Assembly: GCA_003158735.1 (NCBI GenBank)
Contig: PMLB01000182.1
Location: 30,479-85,032, forward strand
Source: Myxococcales bacterium
GTDB lineage: Bacteria; Myxococcota_A; Polyangia; Fen-1088
Length of the DNA stretch: 54,554 nt
Reading direction: 5' to 3'
The notes under the pieces were generated by a model. That model was given only the letters and a program-made list of their open reading frames with translations. It did no database searches and was not told where the DNA came from. The translations under genes and the position numbers were made by a program. This document shows positions 27,725-35,470 of the stretch, piece by piece. Position 1 is the stretch's first letter; each line of letters opens with the position of its first letter.

Positions 27725-28768
27725 CTACTCCAGCGCCTTGTCGATGTGCTTGAGGGCATCGGGACGCAGGCCGAAGTTGGCGCGAACCAACTTGACGTCG
27801 ACCACGGTCTTCACCGAAAGAGGCAGCTCCACGGGATGTGTCTCCACCTGCCAGTCGTTTTCCGATAGCTCGAACAAGAGATTGGCAGCCTGCAAGCCCA
27901 ATGCCTCGTGATCGGGCACAACCGCCAGCGTTCCCAGGGGAGAGCTGGGCTCGACCAGATTGGGCACGCCCACAATTAGTGGCAGTTTGGCGTCGCCCAG
28001 TTCCTTGCGCCACGCATCGTCGATAAATTCCGCGTCGCGAACTAGGCCATTGTCATTGAGCATCCAGACGGCGTCGACCTTGCTGCGCTCCGCAAGGTTG
28101 TGCAGGGCTTCACGCAGCCCAGCCGCTGTCACATCGTTGGGCACCGACACGGCAATGAGCTCGACGTGTTCCATGGCCGCCAAGGACTTCTGCCGTTCCA
28201 CGAAGCTGCGGAATGCCGGGCGATAGATGACCCCCACGCGGTTGATCGGGGCACTAATCACCGATCGAAGCTGCACAAAGGCGGTGACGCCAGGAACCTC
28301 ATAGGCGATGCCGGTTGACCGCCGAAGTTGGGCCTGCACTTCTTCCACCAGCGAGGCCATCAAGAGGACCGCCGGGGGCATGGCAGTGGCCGGATTGGCG
28401 GTCTGGTACTGGCGATACAGGTTCATGGTGGCGTTGTTCATCAGCACTACACACACCGGACCGGCGCTTCGGATGGCTGAGGCGAGATCTGCAACGGTGG
28501 TTCCCGGGCCTACGGTGAGAGTGTGGATGTTGAAGTTCTTTTGCACCTCCGATACCAGGCTCTTGCGGACTTCGACGAAGTTTGCTGAGTTCGGCATGGC
28601 AATGAGGAGAGCAGGCGCGCCGCTGCGTGCGGGCGGATCGACAATGGTAGGCAGGCCGGATGTGGCCGCGCCAGGCTCATTGCCGGTTGTGGCGCAGCCG
28701 GCAATAGACAGGAGGAGAGCCATCGACAGCGATGCCGCTCTCCAGTCAATGGTTCTGTGGGCAGTCAT
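27725..28768 (-). CDS. Lipoprotein, ABC_sub_bind (COG2984/PF04392-like) periplasmic binding protein with no cognate transporter
   Basis: Lipobox LLLSIAGC. Family-like blocks: TGIAYEVPGVTAFVQLRSV..INRVGVIYRP, VDAVWMLNDNGLV, LPLIVGVPNLVEPSSPLGTLAVVPDHEALGLQAANLL. The ATG overlaps the upstream stop (ATGA). Family assignment is by eye. Confidence 0.6.
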   Translation of the reverse strand: MTAHRTIDWRAASLSMALLLSIAGCATTGNEPGAATSGLPTIVDPPARSGAPALLIAMPNSANFVEVRKSLVSEVQKNFNIHTLTVGPGTTVADLASAIRSAGPVCVVLMNNATMNLYRQYQTANPATAMPPAVLLMASLVEEVQAQLRRSTGIAYEVPGVTAFVQLRSVISAPINRVGVIYRPAFRSFVERQKSLAAMEHVELIAVSVPNDVTAAGLREALHNLAERSKVDAVWMLNDNGLVRDAEFIDDAWRKELGDAKLPLIVGVPNLVEPSSPLGTLAVVPDHEALGLQAANLLFELSENDWQVETHPVELPLSVKTVVDVKLVRANFGLRPDALKHIDKALE

Positions 28769-29517
28769 TGGACACTCCAGGAGTCGATGCCCAAGAGGCG
28801 CTTGGTGGGCACGTCGAGATCTCGAAAGGATCTGACGACAAGTTCACGGACCGATGGATTCAATACCGCTACCGCAGGCAGACCCACTGGGCCACCCGGG
28901 AGTTGCTTGGTTTTGATGACAAGCCGAGTCCGTTCCAGCAGCCTGCCCAGCATGGAACTGGGAAGAACAATCCCATCGGCCGCGGAGAACTCGAGCAGGG
29001 GCAGCAGATCCTCGATCTTCGCCACTCGCTTGATCTTGATGTCCGTCGTTTTGAGCAGACCGTTGAGGAAAGTCTGCGTGCCATCGCGGCCGAGCAGGTC
29101 GACCACGCCGATGGTCTTTCCCGCCAATGAGCCATTCAAAGGCTGGTTGACCGAAGCAAGCACATACGGTTCGGCAGATCTTCCCCCGCGCTGCCCTTGC
29201 AGAAGCGCGGTTTTCCCGCGTTGTTCCAGCACCGGCGTAATGCTCAGCACCGCATCGGGATGGCCGTTGCTCAACCCTTCTTCAAAGTCCCGAAAGCGCC
29301 CGAACACGACAATGCCCAGTTCGGGCAAATGCTGCTGTAGTGTCTTCTCGACGGCGCTCGACTTGGCATCGAGCTGCAGAAAAACATGCACCACCGGCTT
29401 GCTGCCTTGGGCCAGTGCGGGTTGCGGCGGTTGACCCTGGTACGCCAGGCCCAGGCCAACCACAAGCCACGCGATAGTGCGCGGCAGCTGTTGGCGTCGG
29501 CTATATGAGTGTGTCAT
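28765..29517 (-). CDS. Periplasmic type-II (PhnD/PBP2-like) binding protein with no cognate transporter
   Basis: Signal peptide (TIAWLVVGLGLAYQG...ALAQG). A two-lobe PBP-like pattern follows (VVFGRFRDFEEGLSNGHPDAVL...SLAGKTIGVVDLLGRDGTQTFLNGLL...AADGIVLPSS). Assignment is tentative. Confidence 0.5.
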   Translation of the reverse strand: MTHSYSRRQQLPRTIAWLVVGLGLAYQGQPPQPALAQGSKPVVHVFLQLDAKSSAVEKTLQQHLPELGIVVFGRFRDFEEGLSNGHPDAVLSITPVLEQRGKTALLQGQRGGRSAEPYVLASVNQPLNGSLAGKTIGVVDLLGRDGTQTFLNGLLKTTDIKIKRVAKIEDLLPLLEFSAADGIVLPSSMLGRLLERTRLVIKTKQLPGGPVGLPAVAVLNPSVRELVVRSFRDLDVPTKRLLGIDSWSVQ

Positions 29518-29556
29518 CGGACTAGAGTGCCAGTATATCGCTGCTTCAGCGTCCTG

Positions 29557-31938
29557 CTAGAAATTGGCTGTCATGCGACCAAACACGCGTCTCCCTTCGG
29601 GCTTGAGAGTGCCGTTGACGTTTCCAGCATGTTCGCCGAAGGCTGGGAGATTCGGTTGTGCGTTCAGTAGATTCAGGGAGGAGATGCCGAATGAGATGGT
29701 ATTCCAGAATCTCTTTGTGCTGGCAGTGACGTCTACGAAGTAGGCGTCGGCCATCGCGTCGGCTCCGGCGAGCGTGGCGTAAGGGATTCCCGTGATCGAT
29801 CGCAGGTCAACGTTGATGTTGACGGTCTTCGCCACCACATATTCCGCGCCCACGAAGCTGGTCAACTCCGGGGCGAAGCGGAGCCTCTGTTGCGCATCGG
29901 CGGGCGGCGAAACACTCGTCGTAACGCCACCTACCGTGACCTCTCCGCGTACGGCACGGGCTCGGTTCCAGGAGCCGTTCCAGTAGAGCAAGAGCGGCGG
30001 GAGGACGCGATATTTGAAGTTCCATTCGAGTGCCCAGGTGCTGGAGTCTCCGACGTTCTCGAAGGTGTTGAAATTGATTCCTTGCGCGCGGTTGATGATG
30101 TTGGAAAGCGACTGGTAGGCCACCGTTACATCCGCCTGGATCTTCCTGCCCAGGCGACACATGGCTATCAGTTCGTGGGCTGAGGTAAATTCTGGGCGCA
30201 GGGATGGGTTGCCGAATTTCTCGTTGTAGGCCGGAGGTCTCTTGGTCGTGTTGTAGACGTACTTGAGGGTCGTCGAGCCGTGAGGGGTGTAGATGAGACC
30301 GAGGCGCGTCGCATTGACCAGCGTCTGCGAGTTCGAAGTCCAGGCATTGGCCGCTCCCAGTTGGCTGTTGTTGGCCTCGTCGCGGAGGTAGTCGAGCCGA
30401 CCCCCGGCGACGATGCTCACGTGATCGATGATCCCTGCGCTGACTTGGGCGAAGATGTTTCGAGTGTATGTTCTGTTGGACTGGTAAGGGGTGTCGAACC
30501 AGTTGATGGCGAAGTCGTCGTTGGCCCACTTGGTCGACATTCCGTTGTCGGTGTCTGTGAAACGACTCCAGAATTCGCCGCCGAGTGAGAAACGAACCCG
30601 TTCGCGCTCAAAAAGCGCGCCGTTTAGCTGTAGGCCAAGGTCATACTTGTTGTTTCGCGCTCCTGCAACGCCGTCCATCCACCATCCTGTCGCCGCTCCG
30701 TTGAAGTAGACGTACGGATCGAGTGCTTTGACGAACGACAGTCTTTGGGTGATTTCGTCGGTCGGAGCATGAAGCTCCAACCGCCAGCTGAAATCGGTCT
30801 CCCGATCAACAGGGTACGAGAACCCCCTGGCAGCCAGCGCATCTTCCATGCTTTGCGCATCGGTGAACCAGATGTGGGGTACCGGATGTGCCATCGACTC
30901 GTAGTAGAAGATGGCCTTGAGCGCCTTGTATTTGATGCGACTGGCGAGAATGTACGAAGGATCGATGCCGTTTGAGCGCCAAATCGGGCTGCTCTGGAAG
31001 GGAGCATCTGTCTGGGTATCGAATCCCTGTTGCTCATAGTGGAAACCAACGAAGAAGTTGTCATCCTTGCCGAGCTTCGCGCCGTACAAGACGTCCGTCG
31101 CTCGGCGGCCGTGGTCGCCCAGCTCGACGGTTGCCTCGCCGCCGTCCAGATCGTCGCGCAAGTTGTAGTTGACGAGTCCGGCCGAGGCATCGCGTCCCCA
31201 GGTGAGTCCGCTCGGACCGCGGGCGACCTCTAGCGACTGGAACAGGCGAGGCGCAAACACCGTGTGCCCATGGTCCTTGAAGGGCATGAGCTCAAGGCTT
31301 TGGCCGAATCTCCACGCCGAATATAGTCCGCGGGAAAGTGCGCCGTACTGGCCATACTGATCGATGTTGTAATAGGAATACCCGGGCGTTCGCTGCAGAG
31401 TTTCCAGAATGCCACGGGTTCCCCAGCGATTGAGCTCCTCGCGGGTGACTGTGTACACGGACATCGGTGCCTGCCGAGCATCCTCACGCATCTTTGAGAC
31501 GCCTGAAACCTCGGGCACGCGAATCGCCAAGAGATCAGCCAGCGACAGCTGGGCAAGGTCGTCGGAGATCGGCTGAACGCTAGCCCAAGGGGGCTCCGCG
31601 CCTGGAGCATCCTGGTCAGCCGGCTGGGTTGAGGGGCCAGCACTTTGCGAGGCCTGGGATGGGAGGGCCTCCGGGGAGGACTGAGGTGCGGCCGCCTCAG
31701 CGGCTTCGCTGGCGCTTGGCGCTGCCCCGGTGTCCGTCTGGAAACCAGCATCGCGAGAAGGCTGAACTGCAGTCTTTTCGGCAGGTCTGATCTTACCAGC
31801 GCCTGGCACTGCCCCGGTGTCCATCTGACCTTCGGGACCAGAGACCTCGCCAGCAAGAGCAAATTGCGACACGAGACTTGCAGGCCCGAACGCCACGCAA
31901 ACAGCTATGAGATGGAACCTGGTCGGTCGCGGTCCCAT
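29557..31938 (-). CDS. TonB-dependent outer-membrane receptor 3
   Basis: I chose the ATG at 31938 (MGPRPTRFHLIAVCVAFGPASLVSQFALAGE signal peptide). The listed start at 32010 adds non-signal residues. A ~130-aa low-complexity linker is followed by LAQLSLADLLAIRVPEVSGVSKMREDARQAPMSVYTVTREEL and then a barrel ending ..GRMTANF (terminal Phe). Confidence 0.85.
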   Translation of the reverse strand: MGPRPTRFHLIAVCVAFGPASLVSQFALAGEVSGPEGQMDTGAVPGAGKIRPAEKTAVQPSRDAGFQTDTGAAPSASEAAEAAAPQSSPEALPSQASQSAGPSTQPADQDAPGAEPPWASVQPISDDLAQLSLADLLAIRVPEVSGVSKMREDARQAPMSVYTVTREELNRWGTRGILETLQRTPGYSYYNIDQYGQYGALSRGLYSAWRFGQSLELMPFKDHGHTVFAPRLFQSLEVARGPSGLTWGRDASAGLVNYNLRDDLDGGEATVELGDHGRRATDVLYGAKLGKDDNFFVGFHYEQQGFDTQTDAPFQSSPIWRSNGIDPSYILASRIKYKALKAIFYYESMAHPVPHIWFTDAQSMEDALAARGFSYPVDRETDFSWRLELHAPTDEITQRLSFVKALDPYVYFNGAATGWWMDGVAGARNNKYDLGLQLNGALFERERVRFSLGGEFWSRFTDTDNGMSTKWANDDFAINWFDTPYQSNRTYTRNIFAQVSAGIIDHVSIVAGGRLDYLRDEANNSQLGAANAWTSNSQTLVNATRLGLIYTPHGSTTLKYVYNTTKRPPAYNEKFGNPSLRPEFTSAHELIAMCRLGRKIQADVTVAYQSLSNIINRAQGINFNTFENVGDSSTWALEWNFKYRVLPPLLLYWNGSWNRARAVRGEVTVGGVTTSVSPPADAQQRLRFAPELTSFVGAEYVVAKTVNINVDLRSITGIPYATLAGADAMADAYFVDVTASTKRFWNTISFGISSLNLLNAQPNLPAFGEHAGNVNGTLKPEGRRVFGRMTANF

Positions 31939-32066
31939 TGGATACTCCCGGGTTGTGGATTGCCAGCGTCCCAAATCAGCGCCTCCCGCCCTGTTCCGGG
32001 CGCAAACCATGCGCGATCAGACGACCCTACCGCGACTTGCGCTTTCTTTTCTCGAACCGAACATCG

Positions 32067-32417
32067 TCACTTGCGCCCCATGGCTTGAGTATCCGGTGCT
32101 ACCAACTCGGCATCGCATGGAGCGTGGATCGAAGTTGGCTGTTTCTCACAAAGGCCACAGAGAACGCGGAGCCGGATGAGAAAGGGCTCCAGCAAGACGG
32201 CCATCGAGAATTCAAACACGTTCTGCCCCGGCACGTGGCGGTCGATCACCTGCACGCCCGGTTTCCGGTCGGCCTTCACGACGATGGCGAGCTGTTTCCA
32301 ATCGTCGGCGCCCCCGGCTGCCCCTTGCCGCGTGGCGAAGCCCCAAGCCTTGTGCTCCTCGTCGAGGAAGAGTCCGTAGACCAGCTGCTTGTCTTCTTCC
32401 AGCGTGCGTTCCTGCAA
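32067..32417 (-). CDS. Hypothetical small protein, possibly 3-prime-disrupted by a repeat element
   Basis: The first ~80 codons have the GC3-rich usage of real genes here (MQERTLEEDKQLVYGLFLDEEHKAWGFATRQ...). The last ~35 codons run through the CACAGAG-type repeat (..RVLCGLCEK..). No recognisable family. Confidence 0.3.
   Translation of the reverse strand: MQERTLEEDKQLVYGLFLDEEHKAWGFATRQGAAGGADDWKQLAIVVKADRKPGVQVIDRHVPGQNVFEFSMAVLLEPFLIRLRVLCGLCEKQPTSIHAPCDAELVAPDTQAMGRK
32147..32192. repeat. Truncated solo copy of the core of the 18.5-kb nested-palindrome element
   Basis: CACAAAGGCCACAGAG..GGAGCCGGAT.AGAAAGGG against CACAGAGGCCACAGAGGCCGGAAGGAAAGGG in the full element. Confidence 0.6.
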
Positions 32418-32466
32418 GACTTCAGATCCTCCCAGGTTCCGCCGAAAGGGACATGATGAGGTCGTG

Positions 32467-33006
32467 ATGCCTGGTTATCCCCAAGAAGCGCGATTGTCTG
32501 AGCTTCTTGCCCAGTGCATGACCGAACTGCTTGCCGAATTGGGGGTGCGTCCCGAGCGGCTCACCGGGGGCCGGCAGCCGCCACCCACCGGCGAGAGCAT
32601 CGCGGCCTTCAGCGGGTTCGGCAACGATGACCTTCGGGGCTCGTTCACCCTCCTCGGCCCCAGCAAGCTCTTTGCGCGGCTTCATCCCTTGCCCCCCACC
32701 GTCACGCCACGCGACTTGACTGACTGGGCCTGCGAACTCGTGAACCAGTCGGTCGGCCGCTTTCACAATCGATTGCTGGCCTACGGGGTGAAGCTGGCTG
32801 TCAGCGTTCCGCAGAGTGCACTGGCCGCGGATTTGCGTCTGGCCTCCAGTCTCCAGCCTGCTCGCGATCCCATTTCATTCGCCATCGATGGTATGGTGTT
32901 GGAAGGCTGGCTTGAGCTGGACACAACACCGACCTTTCAACTGGCAGAAAGCCCTTTGCACGGAGAACGCGCAGCCCTAGAGGAAGGTTCTATTGTTCTG
33001 TTTTAG
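32467..33006 (+). CDS. cheX: CheX/CheC-family CheY-P phosphatase-like protein
   Basis: I chose the ATG at 32467. It has IAAFSGFGNDDLRGSFTLLG plus the DWACELVN...VSVP block (D-x3-E-x2-N ... P), as in CheC/CheX active sites. It lies directly upstream of cheY. Confidence 0.6.
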   Translation: MPGYPQEARLSELLAQCMTELLAELGVRPERLTGGRQPPPTGESIAAFSGFGNDDLRGSFTLLGPSKLFARLHPLPPTVTPRDLTDWACELVNQSVGRFHNRLLAYGVKLAVSVPQSALAADLRLASSLQPARDPISFAIDGMVLEGWLELDTTPTFQLAESPLHGERAALEEGSIVLF

Positions 33007-33024
33007 GTATGGAAGCGTAGAGTC

Positions 33025-33405
33025 ATGAGCAAAAAGGCCGTACTCATAGTGGACGACTCCCTGACGGTTCGGCAACAGGTCTCCCTGACGCTGAAGTCGG
33101 CGGGGTACCAGATCGTCGAGGCTTGTGACGGACGGGAGGGCGTGGATGCCTTGCGCGCGCATGCAGAAATCGCCATGGTCTTGTGCGACATCAACATGCC
33201 CCGCATGAACGGTCTCGAATTCCTCGAAGCCATCAAGGGCGACGCGGCTGGGCTGCCCTTGCCCGTCATCATGCTGACCACGGAAGGATCGCCTGACCTC
33301 ATCACCCGGGCCAAGCGCGCCGGGGCCAAGGGCTGGATCGTGAAGCCCTTCCAGACCGATCTTCTTCTCGCAGCCGTGCGCCGCATCGCGGGCGAGCCAG
33401 GCTGA
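33025..33405 (+). CDS. cheY: Chemotaxis response regulator CheY
   Basis: 126-aa single receiver: VLIVDDSLTVRQQV...VLCDINMPRMNGLEFL...VIMLTTEG...GAKGWIVKPF. Confidence 0.85.
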   Translation: MSKKAVLIVDDSLTVRQQVSLTLKSAGYQIVEACDGREGVDALRAHAEIAMVLCDINMPRMNGLEFLEAIKGDAAGLPLPVIMLTTEGSPDLITRAKRAGAKGWIVKPFQTDLLLAAVRRIAGEPG

Positions 33406-33440
33406 TCGGCCGGCGCAAGTAGCGCGCAGTATCTCGCGCT

Positions 33441-34304
33441 CTACGCCGCTTCCCGGGATTTCTCTTTCAAGTCGCTCGACAGGCGGGTCAGGGTCTCGTC
33501 GTCTATGCCCAGCAGCGAGCGCCCGATCATGATCAAGGCGTCGTTATCCTCGGCGCTCACCGATCCGGTGTAGATGCCCTGCTGCTTGACCACGGCGTTG
33601 GCAAAGCGCACGGCATTTCCAGTCGATAGCCGATTGGCCGGATCATAGTCGCCGCACTCCTCGATGGCCTTCTGGATTTCGTCGGGAAGCTGCCACTTCC
33701 GCGCCAACTCGACGCCGATGGGTCGGTGGCAGCGCTGAACCACGTCAATCCAGGTTGCAAAATCAATCCACAGCTTGGGATTGCGTTGCGCGATCTGGCT
33801 TTCCGCCTCCAGCAGAATCGTGGCAACCACCGGCTTGCCCAGGTCGTGCAGCAGGCCCGCCAGATAGGCGATGTCAGGATCCGACGCGCCGGAAACCACC
33901 GCCACCCGCTGCGCGAGTTGAGCCACGGCCCGGGAATGCTCCCACAGAGTCTTCACGGCTGTCGTGACCTTGGGATCGCGCGATTCGAGAGAGCGCCGAG
34001 ACGAGATCTCCAGCAGCACGCCGCGCAGGTTCTTGGCGCCCAGGCGAGAGATGGCTTGGCCGATGGTGTTACACGGCTCACGTGTGGCCACCGCGGCGCT
34101 CTTGCACAACCTGAGCACCTGCACAGCCAGCACAGGATCCTTTTCAATCAGGGACGTCGCAGCTTGCAGGTTGAAATCCGCCGTGCGGGTCAGCTCGATG
34201 GCCCTGATGGCGACTGCGGGCAGCGTGGGCAGGGTCAGACTGTCCTTTTCAATGCGACTCTTGACGATCCGTTCGAGCTGGTCGGCGAAATTCATGGGGT
34301 TCAC
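33441..34304 (-). CDS. Stand-alone HDOD domain protein
   Basis: LPTLPAVAIRAIELTRTADFNLQAATSLIEKDPVLAVQVLRLCKSAAV...ISRLGAKNLRGVLLE...AGLLHDLGKPV. Listed GTG start at 34304; the alternative ATG is at 34295. Confidence 0.8.
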   Translation of the reverse strand: MNPMNFADQLERIVKSRIEKDSLTLPTLPAVAIRAIELTRTADFNLQAATSLIEKDPVLAVQVLRLCKSAAVATREPCNTIGQAISRLGAKNLRGVLLEISSRRSLESRDPKVTTAVKTLWEHSRAVAQLAQRVAVVSGASDPDIAYLAGLLHDLGKPVVATILLEAESQIAQRNPKLWIDFATWIDVVQRCHRPIGVELARKWQLPDEIQKAIEECGDYDPANRLSTGNAVRFANAVVKQQGIYTGSVSAEDNDALIMIGRSLLGIDDETLTRLSSDLKEKSREAA

Positions 34305-35429
34305 CTAGGCCGCCGCGCGTGCCTGCTCGACTGATTGGAATAGGCGCAAAGACTTGGCATCCTGGAACCCCGCGATGACGACGGCCAGTTCGGCCGAACC
34401 CACCACACGCAGGCTGACGCCGCAATCCGCGGATGCCTTGCACACCTCGGCCATGAATTGCGCGGCCCGGATGGGCTGAACCAGCGGCAATTGGGTGGCA
34501 TCAAGCACGGCGCTGTCGAAACAACCTTCGGCAAGCTTGCCTATGGCTTGCTTCATCTGGGCGGAAAGCTTCTGGAAGTAGCCATCCAACTTGTCGTCGC
34601 GACCGCCGAAACCGGCCAGTCGGACGAAGGTTTCTTCGGCAAAAACCAGTTCCTGGTGGCCCTGAAAACACCTGGCGACCAGGGCTTCGACCGCTGGGCC
34701 GCTGAAGGGCTTGAACAAGACGTCATCAAGACCTTGCGCGCGCATCTCACCCGCGACGTTGTTGGCCGTGCGCAGAGCCATGGCCACCAGGACCGCTTTG
34801 GGCTGCAAGAGGCGCAGTTGCCTGGCCAGCGAGGCCAGGTTGGCGTCTGGCAAGTCCCCGTCGATCAGGATCAGGGCGTACTGGTTGGCGCGGCACAGGC
34901 CCAAGGCCTCCGCGGCGTTGAGGCTGGCATCAAGAGTCACCGACGCCGGCATCATCGACCGCACCTTCTTGTGTACGTTCTCCATGTCATCGATGACCAG
35001 CGCCCGCTCCCCAGGGGACGCGGCAGCGGGTGCAAGCGGCGCAGGGGCGCCAGCCGGCGCATAGTCCGCCGGAAGCTTGAGCGCCTTCAGGACTTTGCTC
35101 TTCAACTCATCGCCCTTGAATGGCTTGAGCACGAAGTCCGAAATGCCCAGACGCATGAGCGTCGACACGATGGCGGTCTTGGACTCCGAGGTGAGCATGA
35201 GCACCGGCGTCTTGCTTCCGCTCTCGCGCATCTTGGCCAACATGCCCGGGCCGTCGAGGTTGGGCATGGTGACATCCAGCACCACCAGGTCGTAGGCCGC
35301 GCTTTGCAGTTTGGCCAGGCCATCGATGCCGTCTTCGGCCTCGCCAATTTCGAAGCCCAACGGCTGCAGTTGTTTGGCGACAATCATCCGAATGGCACGA
35401 CTGTCATCTACCGTAAGAATGCGTGGCAT
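34305..35429 (-). CDS. Response regulator with two receiver domains and a C-terminal STAS-like domain (REC-REC-STAS?)
   Basis: I chose the ATG at 35429 (MPRILTVDDSRAIRM...). The listed ORF up to 36008 overlaps the cheX-like gene in another frame. REC1: VLDVTMPNLDG...LKPF. REC2: LVIDDMEN...LIDGDLPD...FKPF. The final ~110 aa have an alpha/beta STAS-like pattern (assigned by eye). Confidence 0.65.
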   Translation of the reverse strand: MPRILTVDDSRAIRMIVAKQLQPLGFEIGEAEDGIDGLAKLQSAAYDLVVLDVTMPNLDGPGMLAKMRESGSKTPVLMLTSESKTAIVSTLMRLGISDFVLKPFKGDELKSKVLKALKLPADYAPAGAPAPLAPAAASPGERALVIDDMENVHKKVRSMMPASVTLDASLNAAEALGLCRANQYALILIDGDLPDANLASLARQLRLLQPKAVLVAMALRTANNVAGEMRAQGLDDVLFKPFSGPAVEALVARCFQGHQELVFAEETFVRLAGFGGRDDKLDGYFQKLSAQMKQAIGKLAEGCFDSAVLDATQLPLVQPIRAAQFMAEVCKASADCGVSLRVVGSAELAVVIAGFQDAKSLRLFQSVEQARAAA

Positions 35430-35470
35430 TGGGAAGATCCTTCTGCTTTGGTCGTCATCCTGTTTTCCAT

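Noticed and set aside
6051-32010. Signalling island as a classical mobile genomic island
   Set aside because: No integrase, transposase, tRNA attachment site or obvious long direct repeats at the boundaries were seen. Codon usage looks similar by eye to the flanking flagellar genes. Only small REP/MITE-like repeats are present.
31939-32066. Cobalamin or other riboswitch upstream of TonB-dependent receptor 3
   Set aside because: I read the minus-strand leader and found no B12-box-like sequence or other riboswitch core I recognise, only a 5-bp hairpin (GCGCA-TGGTT-TGCGC). A covariance-model scan would be needed to be certain.
33421-33440. Bidirectional terminator between convergent cheY and the HDOD gene, and a hairpin at 36038-36055 after cheB
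   Set aside because: The first stem is only 6 bp (AGCGCG/CGCGCT) and lacks a flanking U-tract. The second is a perfect 7-bp stem (CCGTCGG-TTTT-CCGACGG), also without a U-tract. Both are noted as possible RNA structures, but the evidence is insufficient to annotate them as terminators.
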